Made by a program: the position numbers and the translations under genes. From positions 193,034 through 257,033 of the forward strand of contig JAUHWC010000003.1 in the NCBI GenBank assembly GCA_030424845.1: 64,000 bases of DNA. The letters run 5' to 3'. Under the pieces are notes generated by a model that did no database searches, was not told the DNA's origin, and saw nothing but the letters and a program-made list of their open reading frames with translations. Position 1 is the stretch's first letter. Every line of letters starts with the position of its first letter. This DNA is from Alphaproteobacteria bacterium (GTDB lineage: Bacteria > Pseudomonadota > Alphaproteobacteria > Sphingomonadales > Sphingomonadaceae). This document shows positions 11,009 through 19,746 of this stretch, one piece after another.

Positions 11009-12352
11009 CTAGCTGTCCACCCCGTAGTATTCGGCAAGCTTGTCTGCCGTGAAGCCGTGGCGACCGGCCTCCGGATCGGGTGGCAGCATGGTGGCGTTCC
11101 ACGCTTGCCATTCCTCGTGCAGCGCCTTGAAACTATCGGGGCGGCGATCCTTCAGGTTGGCGCGCTCCATCGGGTCTGCCACCACGTCGAACAGGAAGGC
11201 ATTGGGCCCCATCTGCAGGTATTTGTGGTTGCCCCGGCGAGCGGCCTTCTGATCATGGTTGGCAAAGCGCCAGAACAGCGTGCGTTCCGGCAATTGGCCG
11301 CCTGAAATGGCAGGGCCAACATCGATCCCGTCGCTGGGGTGGCCTGGATCCGGCGCGCCGCCAGCGGCAGCGAGGAATGTGGGCAGCCAGTCCATCGTCA
11401 TGACCTGCGCATCGCTGGTTGCGCCTGCCGCGGCGACGCCGGGCCAGCGCACGATGGCAGGCACGCGCAAGCCGCCCTCGAGAAGTTCGGTCTTCTTGCC
11501 GACGAATGGCCATGATTTCGAAAAGCGCTCGCCACCATTGTCGCTGGTGAAGATGACCACGGAATTGTCTGCCAGCCCCAAGCGGTCCAGCGCGTCGATA
11601 ACCTTTCGGACATTGTCGTCCATGTTGCGCATCATGGCGGCATAGGTGGCGATATCACCACCGTCCCAGTGCTGGATCGGCATGGGGTCGGGATCGTCGG
11701 GATCATCCACCTTGGCTTTCAGCCGCAGGGCTTCGGCTTCGTCCTCCGGCCCTTCCCATGGCCAGTGGGGGGCGGTGAAATTGAGGTTGAGGAAGAACGG
11801 CGCCTCGCTGCTCGCAAACTCCTCCAGCACTTCCACTGAACGGTCACCCAGCAGGTCGGTCAGGTAGCCGACCCGGTCGATATTGGTCTCGCCGTCCCAC
11901 AGGTCGTTCACGCCATTCAGTTCGTGGGTGAAGTAATCGACCCCGCCGCCGCGAATGCCCCAGAAGATGTCATAGCCGCTCTTGAGCGGGCAGTATTTGG
12001 GCAGGTCGCCGAGGTGCCACTTGCCCACCAGCGCGGTGCGATAGCCATTGTCCCGCAGCAGAGAGGGCAGGGTGGGATGGTTCGGCGGCAGGCCGATGTC
12101 GCGGCCTTGCAGCGGCTCTTCCAGCCCGATCGGCAGGCGGTACTGGTAACGGCCGGTCATCAACGCCACGCGGGTGGCGGTGCAGACTGCGGAATTGGCA
12201 TAGGCATGGGTGAAACGGATGCCCTGGGCCGCCAGCGCATCCAGCGCCGGTGTCTCGTAATCCTCGCGGCCGTAGCAGGACAGGTCGGCCCAGCCCAGGT
12301 CATCGGCCATGATGAAGATGATGTTGGGGCGGGTAGCCTGTGTTGCCGTCAT
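11009..12352 (-). CDS. Sulfatase (Cys-type), no signal peptide; paralog of 5299-6729
   Basis: RPNIIFIMADDLGWADLSCYG and the C-T-A-T-R motif. It aligns along its full length with the other sulfatase. The N-terminus MTATQATRPNIIF has no signal sequence. ATG 12352 is preferred over the track's TTG at 12361. Confidence 0.85.
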   Translation of the reverse strand: MTATQATRPNIIFIMADDLGWADLSCYGREDYETPALDALAAQGIRFTHAYANSAVCTATRVALMTGRYQYRLPIGLEEPLQGRDIGLPPNHPTLPSLLRDNGYRTALVGKWHLGDLPKYCPLKSGYDIFWGIRGGGVDYFTHELNGVNDLWDGETNIDRVGYLTDLLGDRSVEVLEEFASSEAPFFLNLNFTAPHWPWEGPEDEAEALRLKAKVDDPDDPDPMPIQHWDGGDIATYAAMMRNMDDNVRKVIDALDRLGLADNSVVIFTSDNGGERFSKSWPFVGKKTELLEGGLRVPAIVRWPGVAAAGATSDAQVMTMDWLPTFLAAAGGAPDPGHPSDGIDVGPAISGGQLPERTLFWRFANHDQKAARRGNHKYLQMGPNAFLFDVVADPMERANLKDRRPDSFKALHEEWQAWNATMLPPDPEAGRHGFTADKLAEYYGVDS

Positions 12353-12357
12353 GGGGT

Positions 12358-12747
12358 TCAACCTGCCTGGACCAGTTCGATTTCATGCCCCTGCGGCGAA
12401 TGCAGCAGGCAGACGCGGATGCCGGGCGCCACTTCGGTGATGTCCATCGTCTTGCGGCCACCGGCGGCCAATGCGCTTTCGAGAGTGGTCACGATATCGC
12501 TGCAGGTCAGGCCTATGGGACCGTGGCCGCCACCGATGGACAGGTCCATATCGCCCTTGGGTTTGACCAGCATCAGGCTGGGGCCTTGCGGTTGGCCGGG
12601 GAGGCCGAGGATATGTTCGAGGAACGTCGGTTCGTCATAGGTTCCGCGCACCTCGAAGCCGAAGGCCCCGCGCCAGAATTCCAGCGCACCTTCCATGTCT
12701 TCCACGTTGATTTTCATGAATGCCAGGCTGATGCTGTTCTCGGCCAT
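12358..12747 (-). CDS. VOC (glyoxalase/bleomycin-resistance/dioxygenase) family protein
   Basis: 129 aa with a typical VOC N-terminal beta-alpha-beta pattern (ISLAFMKINVEDMEGALEFWRGAFGFEV). Its stop lies 5 nt upstream of the sulfatase ATG. Confidence 0.7.
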   Translation of the reverse strand: MAENSISLAFMKINVEDMEGALEFWRGAFGFEVRGTYDEPTFLEHILGLPGQPQGPSLMLVKPKGDMDLSIGGGHGPIGLTCSDIVTTLESALAAGGRKTMDITEVAPGIRVCLLHSPQGHEIELVQAG

Positions 12748-12830
12748 GTGGTTCCTCCCGTTCGGGCATTAGACCTACAGGCACAAAGCGCTTTTGCAAT
12801 TGCGCGTTTTCTGGGGCAGGGGTCGCTTCC

Positions 12831-14072
12831 ATGATCAAGCGGGCGCTGAAAAACACCGGATGGCTGATGGGCGCGCGCGGCATCAACGCGGTGCTGAGCA
12901 TCGTCTACCTCGCGGTGGCGACCCGGGTGCTGGGGCTGGAAAGCTTCGGGCAATTCATCCTTGCCTTCACCTTTGCCCAGTCCATCGTCGGCTTCGCCAG
13001 CTTCCAGACCTGGCAGGCGATTGTCCGTTGGGGGCAGACCAGGCAAGGACTGGCTGATGCCACCGGCTATGCCCTGGCGCTGGATGCCGTCACGATCAAT
13101 GGCGGCACGCTGGCAGCCGCGCTTATCCTTGGCCTTGCCGGAGACTGGTTGCCGCTGCCCGCCGACCTCAGGCTGGCGACGTTTGCGCTGACCGTCGTCT
13201 CCCTGCTGTCGATCCGTTCCACGCCCACCGGCATCCTGCGCCTGCACGATCGCTATGCCCGGGCGGCAACGGCCGATTCCCTCACCTCGATCATTCGCGT
13301 GACCGGCGCGCTGGTGGTGGCTTTCGTGGCACCGTCGATCATCGCCTTCATGGCTGTATGGGCCGTTGCCGAGGTGGTGACGGCTGCGGCCTATTGGTAT
13401 TTCGCGCGCAGCACGCAGCCGTTGTTCTGGCGCCATGTCAGCCTGACGCGGATACCCCGGCAGGAAACCGGGGCATGGAGCTTCGTTATCGGAACCTCGC
13501 TGTCGGCCATGGTCGTCATCGCCTCGCGCCAGTTGCTGGTTCTGCTGGTCGGCGGGTTTGGCGGCGCGGCGCTGGCGGGCATCTATCGCGTGGCAATGCA
13601 GATCGGCGAGGGACTGCTCAAGCTGGCACAGGCCCTGCTGAAGGCGATCTATCCCGAACTGGTGCGTTCACCCGAAGCCGCGCGCGAGATTGCCGGGCGC
13701 ATCACCCGCATTGCCATCATCACCGGGATCGGTGCGGTGCTGCTCGCCTTGCTGGCGGGACGCTGGCTGATCGGCGTGATCGCGGGCGACGATTTCCTGA
13801 CCGCCTATACCCCGATGATCCTGCTTTCGGCCGCTGCGGCGATCGAACTGGTGGGCGCGAGCCTGGAAGCGCTGCTGGTGGCGCGCGGCAAGGCGATCAC
13901 CAATTTCCTGCTGCGCCTGGTGCCCACGGTAATCGGCTTGCTGGCCCTTGGCTGGTTGATCGCGGTGCACGGCGTGGCCGGTGCAGCAATGGCCGTGCTG
14001 GGTGCGAGCACCGCAACCGTGGTGGGATTGTACATCGCCAACAAGCGGATCGAGAAACGCGAGGAGGGGTAG
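12831..14072 (+). CDS. Polysaccharide/oligosaccharide flippase family protein (Wzx/PST-like)
   Basis: 413 aa polytopic membrane protein. The N-terminus KNTGWLMGARGINAVLSIVYLAVATRVLGLESFGQF is typical of the PST family. Confidence 0.7.
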   Translation: MIKRALKNTGWLMGARGINAVLSIVYLAVATRVLGLESFGQFILAFTFAQSIVGFASFQTWQAIVRWGQTRQGLADATGYALALDAVTINGGTLAAALILGLAGDWLPLPADLRLATFALTVVSLLSIRSTPTGILRLHDRYARAATADSLTSIIRVTGALVVAFVAPSIIAFMAVWAVAEVVTAAAYWYFARSTQPLFWRHVSLTRIPRQETGAWSFVIGTSLSAMVVIASRQLLVLLVGGFGGAALAGIYRVAMQIGEGLLKLAQALLKAIYPELVRSPEAAREIAGRITRIAIITGIGAVLLALLAGRWLIGVIAGDDFLTAYTPMILLSAAAAIELVGASLEALLVARGKAITNFLLRLVPTVIGLLALGWLIAVHGVAGAAMAVLGASTATVVGLYIANKRIEKREEG

Positions 14073-14127
14073 ACGGTCGAAGCCGCATGGCCTCGCAAGG
14101 CCGACGGGCCGCCCGAGCATTTGCGAG

Positions 14128-14169
14128 GAAAGCCACGCGGGCACATGCCCGCGCCCGGCGACTGAGGGG
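14128..14169. repeat. REP-like element, copy 1
   Basis: GAAAGCCACGCGGGCACATGCCCGCGCCCGGCGACTGAGGGG. It contains the GCGGGC-N4-GCCCGC hairpin. A near-identical copy is at 14235-14276. Confidence 0.7.
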
Positions 14170-14234
14170 CCTAACTAAGAGACTGTGGCGCGGAACGCGA
14201 CACCAGCGCGTGACAACGCGCCGCCCGGTAGGGC

Positions 14235-14276
14235 GAAAGCCATGCGGGCGGATGCCCGCGCCCGGCGATTGAGGGA
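14235..14276. repeat. REP-like element, copy 2
   Basis: GAAAGCCATGCGGGCGGATGCCCGCGCCCGGCGATTGAGGGA. It is a direct repeat of copy 1 with a few substitutions. Confidence 0.7.
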
Positions 14277-14286
14277 CTATAAGAAC

Positions 14287-14361
14287 TGGCTGGGGTGGCA
14301 GGATTCGAACCTGCGAATGGCGGCACCAAAAGCCGCTGCCTTACCACTTGGCGACACCCCA
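14287..14361 (-). tRNA. tRNA-Gln (anticodon UUG)
   Basis: The reverse complement folds by hand into a cloverleaf. Acceptor TGGGGTG/CACCCCA, D arm GCC-AAGTGGTAA-GGC, anticodon stem GCGGC/GCCGC with loop TTTTGGT (TTG at positions 34-36), T arm GCAGG-TTCGAAT-CCTGC, discriminator G, encoded CCA. Confidence 0.93.
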
Positions 14362-14435
14362 GCAGCGCCCGCATTGCCTGCGGGAGAGCGCCCATATAGC
14401 GGGCGCTCCCCAAGGTGCAAGCGCCAGCCTGTCGA

Positions 14436-15314
14436 TTACAGCGAGTCCGGCCGCGTGCGCACCGGATCGAACAGGCTGCGGTCCTCGACCTTGTCGAAAT
14501 CGGCGGCGGAATGGCGCTCTGCCATAGCCTGGCTGTTGACGATGCGGCCACGGATCGCACCGGGGCGCCTGTCGATTTCCTTCACCCAGCGCGCCACGTT
14601 CTCGTACTCGTCGAGCGACAGGAAAATGTCGCAGCGGTTGTAGGCACCGTGGAAGAGGTTGCCCAGCCAGGTGTAGGCGGCGATGTCGGCGATGGTATAG
14701 TCATTGCCGGCAAGGTATTCGGTCTTGGCCAGCTGCTGGTCAGCCACGTCGAACAGGCGCTTGGTCTCCATCGCATAGCGATCGATCGGGTATTTGTAGC
14801 GTTCGGGCGCGTAGACATAGAAATGCCCGAAACCGCCGCCGATGAAGGGCGCGCTGCCCATCTGCCATATCAGCCAGCTCAGCGTTTCCGCGCGCGCCGG
14901 GTTGGTCTTGGGCAGCAGGTAGTCGAACTTTTCGGCAAGGTGGATCAGGATCGCGCCGCTTTCGAACACGCGGAACGGCTCCGGTCCAGAGCGGTCGAGC
15001 AGGGCAGGGATCTTGGAATTAGGATTGAGCTCCACGAAGCCCGACCAGAACTGGTCGCCATCGAAGATCTTGATCAGCCATGCGTCATATTCGGCATCCG
15101 CATAGCCGGCTTCGAGCAGTTCCTCGAACATGGTCGTCACCTTCACGCCATTGGGCGTGCCCAGCGAATAGAGCTGGAAGGGATGCTCTCCCTGGGGAAG
15201 CTCCTTCTCCTCGCGCGCGCCGGCGGTCGGGCGGTTCACGCTGGAAAACTGGCCTCCGCTTTCCGCGGGAGCCCATACCTTGGGCGGGGTGTAGACATCG
15301 GAATTGTCGGACAT
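14436..15314 (-). CDS. yghU: Glutathione S-transferase, YghU (Nu-class) type
   Basis: MSDNSDVYTPPKVW...NRPTAG...HPFQLYSLGTPNGVKV...NPNSKIPALLD matches the YghU family pattern. The track ORF (to 16400) is over-extended antisense to the next gene. The true start is ATG 15314. Confidence 0.8.
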   Translation of the reverse strand: MSDNSDVYTPPKVWAPAESGGQFSSVNRPTAGAREEKELPQGEHPFQLYSLGTPNGVKVTTMFEELLEAGYADAEYDAWLIKIFDGDQFWSGFVELNPNSKIPALLDRSGPEPFRVFESGAILIHLAEKFDYLLPKTNPARAETLSWLIWQMGSAPFIGGGFGHFYVYAPERYKYPIDRYAMETKRLFDVADQQLAKTEYLAGNDYTIADIAAYTWLGNLFHGAYNRCDIFLSLDEYENVARWVKEIDRRPGAIRGRIVNSQAMAERHSAADFDKVEDRSLFDPVRTRPDSL

Positions 15315-15467
15315 CGAAAGCAAACTCCTGAACCTGTTGGGTCGATGCAGGCAAGATGGGATGCCTAGCCGCTTCGCCAAGCAAGGGAAAGTTTGCCGCG
15401 CCGTGGGTTTTTCTTTGTAACCGGATTCGCGCGGTTTAACGTGGGTTGGGGAAAGGGAGACTTGCGC

Positions 15468-16472
15468 ATGACATTCAGGCTGGCGGACTGGCTGGACGAT
15501 TTCGAAACAGGCAGGCGGCAGGTCATGCACCTCACCGTGACGCAGGCGGTGCTCCAGGCGGTGACGCGGTTGAAGCTGTTCGACCACCTTGACGCGCCGA
15601 TTTCTGTCGATGCGCTTGCGGCCAGAGCGGGTGTGCAGGTCGATGGCCTTGCCCGCATCCTCACCTTCCTTGCCGCAGAAGGCGTGGTGGACTGGGATGG
15701 CACCGGAGATGTCTCGCCCAATGAGAAGAGCGCCCAGATGCAGGCGCTTGCGTCTACCATCGGCAATTACCGCATGCCGGCAGAAGCAGGGCTGGTGCTC
15801 GACGAGGCGCTGCGCGATGGCAGTGTGGCTTTCGCCAAGGCGCGGGGCATGCCGGTGTTCGAATACCTGAAGCAGGATGACGAGGCAGCGGCGATCTTTG
15901 CCGACGTGATGCGCGTGACCACCCGTGAAGCCGAAAGCTACCTTTTCAGCCATTACGATTTTCCCGCTTTTACCCACGCGGTGGACATCGGCGGCAACCA
16001 GGGCAGCCTGTTGCGGCGATTGCTCGCCGAAAACCCGGGCACAAGCGGTGTGTTGTTCGACCTGCCGGCCACCGCCGAAGTGGCGCGCGCATCGCTGGCA
16101 GGCACCTCGCTGGAAAGCCGCATCAGCTGCGTCGGCGGCAGCTTCTTCGATGAAGTACCCGGCGGCGGTGACCTCTACCTGCTGAAACAGATCCTGCATG
16201 ACTGGAGCGATGAGGAAGGGCTGCGGATCCTTGCCGCCATCCGCAAGGCAATCGAGCCGGAAACTCCGCTGGTGGTGATCGAACGGTTGATGCCGGAAGC
16301 ACCCGAACCGTGCGAGGCGGTGGATGTCGATATCCTGATGCTGCTGTGGACTTCGGGCCGCGAACGGACCGCTGCCGCCTACACAGCCATGCTTGAACAA
16401 AGCGGTTTCGCAGTGCGCCGCGTGGTGGGCGAAAGCGGTGGGCAGGGTGTTATCGAGGCAACGGCGGTCTGA
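15468..16472 (+). CDS. SAM-dependent O-methyltransferase (family 2, with N-terminal dimerisation/wHTH-like domain)
   Basis: VDIGGNQGSLLRRLL SAM motif, LKQILHDWSDEE motif, about 334 aa from ATG 15468. Confidence 0.8.
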   Translation: MTFRLADWLDDFETGRRQVMHLTVTQAVLQAVTRLKLFDHLDAPISVDALAARAGVQVDGLARILTFLAAEGVVDWDGTGDVSPNEKSAQMQALASTIGNYRMPAEAGLVLDEALRDGSVAFAKARGMPVFEYLKQDDEAAAIFADVMRVTTREAESYLFSHYDFPAFTHAVDIGGNQGSLLRRLLAENPGTSGVLFDLPATAEVARASLAGTSLESRISCVGGSFFDEVPGGGDLYLLKQILHDWSDEEGLRILAAIRKAIEPETPLVVIERLMPEAPEPCEAVDVDILMLLWTSGRERTAAAYTAMLEQSGFAVRRVVGESGGQGVIEATAV

Positions 16473-16475
16473 CCC

Positions 16476-16931
16476 TCAATCGGTGAGAGGCGTCCACTTG
16501 TCGAAGGTCGCCGCCTGTCCGTGGCGCACGCCGTCTTCATCGACAAGGTTCCAGATGATCGCGTCCTCTATGCGAAAGCGCGTGCCGTCTGCGGCAATGC
16601 GGATCCCGCTGTAGCCGCTGACGATGTCATCCGCCTCCAGCTTGGTGAACATGCGTGCCCGCTCTTCCCGTTCACCTCCCGCTTCGGCGCTCTTGTAGCT
16701 GGGCAGGCCAAGGAACCGGCTCGCATCCATCCGGAACAGGTTGAGGGCGATGGCATTGGCATAGAAGAACAGCGGCGGGTCCTGCGTGTCGTGGGCGACC
16801 ACGGCGTTGGGTGCACTCCAGAGTTCGCGGCGCCCGACCACCAGCGGGCGACCGGTCAGCCGCTCGAAGCTGCTTTCGATAAGGGCGATCCGCTCGCCCG
16901 CATTATCCCGTACGGCCTGCCTGTTATCCAT
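16476..16931 (-). CDS. MEKHLA domain protein (stand-alone PAS-like domain)
   Basis: IESSFERLTGRPL...WSAPNAVVAHDTQDPPLFFYANAIALNLF...YSGIRIAADGTRFRIEDAIIWNL is the MEKHLA pattern. The start is taken at ATG 16931 (MDNRQAV). Confidence 0.75.
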   Translation of the reverse strand: MDNRQAVRDNAGERIALIESSFERLTGRPLVVGRRELWSAPNAVVAHDTQDPPLFFYANAIALNLFRMDASRFLGLPSYKSAEAGGEREERARMFTKLEADDIVSGYSGIRIAADGTRFRIEDAIIWNLVDEDGVRHGQAATFDKWTPLTD

Positions 16932-17012
16932 TGCCCGCGATGATAGACCCTTTCTGCCCTTGCGGCCAATCGCTGGATTGGCGAAAGGGTGTGCCGCAAG
17001 AGGAGAGGGCAT

Positions 17013-18611
17013 TTGGCGAGCAATCCGGACATTATCGTAATCGGCGGCGGATCGGCGGGCATGGCGATGGCTGCGCGGCTGGCCGAGGGCGGCAAGCGCG
17101 TGCTGTTACTGGAAGCGGGCAAGAGCCACAGGGATATCCGTTCCTATGTGCCGGCACTGATGAGCGGCATCGTCCACACGCCCGATTTCGACTGGATGTA
17201 TTCGGCCCGGCCCGATGCCAGCGTGGGCGGCAGGCCCGATGTGTGGCCCGCGGCCAAGCGGCTGGGCGGCGGTTCGTCGATCAACGGCATGATGTTCATT
17301 CGCGGCCACCGCTGGGATTACGACCACTGGGCCAGTCTTGGTGCCACGGGCTGGGACTATCAGAGCGTGCTGCCATTCTTCCGCCGGATGGAGGACAACG
17401 AGCGGGGCAGCGACCAATGGCGCGGTACGGGCGGCCCTATCGCCGTGTCCGAGGTGCGCTCGCGCTATGGCGTGACGGCAGACTGGATCACGGCGGTGAC
17501 CGAAGCCGGCTTCCCTCGCTCGCCCGATCTCAACGGTGAACAGAACGAAGGTGTCGATTATATCCAGCTCTCGCAACGCAACGGCCTCAGGTCCTCCACC
17601 GCGGCAGGCTACCTGAAGAACAAGCCCGCGAATCTTGAGGTGATGACCGAGGCGCAGGTCCTGCGGATCGACATCAGCAACGGGCGCGCAAGCGGCGCAA
17701 CCCTGCGGCGCGGGGGCGAGGTGATCGCCCTCTCCGCGAAAGAGGGTGTCGTGCTCTGCGCAGGGGCGCTCAACACGCCGCGCCTGTTGATGCTGTCGGG
17801 CATCGGCCCGGCGGAACACCTGCGCGAAAATGGCATAACGGTTGTCGCGGACTCGCCCGGTGTGGGCCGGAACCTGCAGGAACACCCTGCGGTGCACATG
17901 GTGAACGAGGTTTGCACCCGCACGCTCAACGATGATGCGCGCGGGCTGGCGGGCATGAAAAGCGTGCTCAGCTTCCTGTTCGGCCGTTCGGGTGCGCTGA
18001 CCACCGGCATCGGCCACGCGCAGGCCTTCGTGAAGAGCAGGGAAGGGCTGGAAGTGCCCAATATCCAGCTTGCCTTCAGCGCCTTTGCCTTCGACATCAC
18101 CCCGCAAGGCAACCTTGCCCTGCGCCCGGGCAGCGCGGTGACCACGCTGGTCGGCCTGATGCGCCCGTCGAGCCGGGGCCGGATCTCGCTTGCGGCCAAT
18201 GATCCTGATGCCGCGCCGGTGATCGAACACCAGCTGATCGGCAGCGAGGATGATGCCGCGCAGCTGGTCGAAGGCTTGCAGATCGCGCGCACAATCATGG
18301 GGCAAGCTGCCATTGCAGGCTCGGTGGCCAGCGAAGTGCGCCCCGGTGCCCAGGCCACCGCGCCCGAGGCGCTGCGCGGCTATGTCGGCGCGGCCACGAT
18401 CCCGATGTACCATCCCGTCGGGACGGCGAAGATGGGCGCGGCGGACGATGATGCGGCGGTGCTGACACCCGATTGCCGGGTGAAGGGCGTGGACGGGCTG
18501 TGGGTGGCCGATGCCTCCGTCATGCCCACGATCCCGCAAGGCAACACCAACGCCACGTCCATCATGATCGGCGAAAGGGCGAGCGCACTGGTGCTGGAAG
18601 CCCTGCGGTAG
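17013..18611 (+). CDS. GMC family oxidoreductase (choline dehydrogenase-like flavoprotein)
   Basis: DIIVIGGGSAGMAMAARLAE FAD fold, GGSSINGMMFIRG, and C-terminal HPVGTAKMG...VVDASVMP. The TTG 17013 start follows AGGAGAGGG. The track starts at GTG 16989. Confidence 0.88.
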   Translation: MASNPDIIVIGGGSAGMAMAARLAEGGKRVLLLEAGKSHRDIRSYVPALMSGIVHTPDFDWMYSARPDASVGGRPDVWPAAKRLGGGSSINGMMFIRGHRWDYDHWASLGATGWDYQSVLPFFRRMEDNERGSDQWRGTGGPIAVSEVRSRYGVTADWITAVTEAGFPRSPDLNGEQNEGVDYIQLSQRNGLRSSTAAGYLKNKPANLEVMTEAQVLRIDISNGRASGATLRRGGEVIALSAKEGVVLCAGALNTPRLLMLSGIGPAEHLRENGITVVADSPGVGRNLQEHPAVHMVNEVCTRTLNDDARGLAGMKSVLSFLFGRSGALTTGIGHAQAFVKSREGLEVPNIQLAFSAFAFDITPQGNLALRPGSAVTTLVGLMRPSSRGRISLAANDPDAAPVIEHQLIGSEDDAAQLVEGLQIARTIMGQAAIAGSVASEVRPGAQATAPEALRGYVGAATIPMYHPVGTAKMGAADDDAAVLTPDCRVKGVDGLWVADASVMPTIPQGNTNATSIMIGERASALVLEALR

Positions 18612-18726
18612 ACACGGCATGACAGGCTTGTGACCGCCACTGTAATGCCGCCGTCACATAACTGCGCTGTTGGGAGGGTTCAGGCGCGGAAATCGATTCG
18701 CGTCCTAGAACGACGAGTACCGCAAC

Positions 18727-19158
18727 TTGCGCAACGCCGCCATCATCGCCGCCGCCTTCTCGATCGGCTTCTGTGTCCCGGCCATTGCGGGCGAGGTGTC
18801 GGGAACGGTCTATGACCAGCGCGGAATGCCGGTTGCAGGCGTGGCCGTGAGCGTGGACGGGCAGCAGGTTCTCACCGGTGCAGACGGCACCTATCGCCTT
18901 GCAGGCGTGGCCGCGGGCCAGCAGGTGGTTTCCGCGAACGGCCGGCGTGTCGGCATCGAGATTGCTGCCGAAGGCGAAGTCATCCGCAACATCTTCCTGC
19001 TTTCGCAGCGCGCACGAGCCGAAGTGACGGGTGTTCCGGAACAGGTTGAAGCCGCGGAAGATGCCTTTGCCGATGCGCTCGAGCTGGCCGAACAGATGCT
19101 CGAAAGCGGTCCTGCCACGACAGAGATCACCTGGCGCTGGAACGACCTCGACGCCTGA
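18727..19158 (+). CDS. Small secreted protein with carboxypeptidase-regulatory-like (CarboxypepD_reg) domain
   Basis: Signal peptide, then GTVYDQRGMPVAGVAVSVDGQQVLTGADGTYRLAGV, the typical motif of this domain. TTG start. Confidence 0.6.
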   Translation: MRNAAIIAAAFSIGFCVPAIAGEVSGTVYDQRGMPVAGVAVSVDGQQVLTGADGTYRLAGVAAGQQVVSANGRRVGIEIAAEGEVIRNIFLLSQRARAEVTGVPEQVEAAEDAFADALELAEQMLESGPATTEITWRWNDLDA

Positions 19159-19746
19159 TCAGCGCTCCAGCAGCAGGCGCTCCGCACTTTCCACCAGCCA
19201 ATCCTCGTACCCGGCCTGTGTCCACCCGCATTGCTGGGTGAGTTGCAGCCAGTTGGGCAGGGACATCAGCGTCCAAATCATGTCCGTGGCATCCTTGCGG
19301 GAAAGACCATTGCGCAAGTCGCCATCCGCGGCGAGCGCGTCTACCGCGGCGGCGCACCCATGGCGCAGGGCCGCCATCCTGTCCGCCCAGGCGATGCGCG
19401 CGTCCTCGTCACTGTGCTGCATGGCCATGAAGGCGCGTCCCACGCCCTGGATTTCTGGCAGGTAACCCGCCCAGGCCGTGCAATAGGCGCGCAGGCGTTC
19501 GCGGCCCGAGCTGGCCTTGCGGCTCGCCTCCAGCCGGCCATCGATGTTCTTCTCGGTGTCGATGAAGCGCGCTGTTTCCACCAGCAATTCCGCGCGGTTG
19601 GCGAAGTGGAGGTAGAGCGCCTGGCGGCTGATGCCCGCCTGCTTGGCGATATCGCCCAGCCGCACTTTCCCCGGCTCCTCTGCTTCGAGCAAGGCCCATG
19701 CGGCGGCGAGGATCTTTCGGCGGGTCGGGTTCATGGTGCTTGACAT
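19159..19746 (-). CDS. TetR family transcriptional regulator
   Basis: N-terminal HTH RRKILAAAWALLEAEEPGKVRLGDIAKQAGISRQALYLHFANRAELL. Confidence 0.9.
   Translation of the reverse strand: MSSTMNPTRRKILAAAWALLEAEEPGKVRLGDIAKQAGISRQALYLHFANRAELLVETARFIDTEKNIDGRLEASRKASSGRERLRAYCTAWAGYLPEIQGVGRAFMAMQHSDEDARIAWADRMAALRHGCAAAVDALAADGDLRNGLSRKDATDMIWTLMSLPNWLQLTQQCGWTQAGYEDWLVESAERLLLER

Noticed and set aside
15315-16400. N-terminal 360 aa of the 654-aa ORF 14436-16400 (minus strand).
   Set aside because: Only the C-terminal 292 aa (from MSDNSDVYTPPKVW) match the YghU GST pattern. The upstream part is antisense to the O-methyltransferase and has a junk-like composition.
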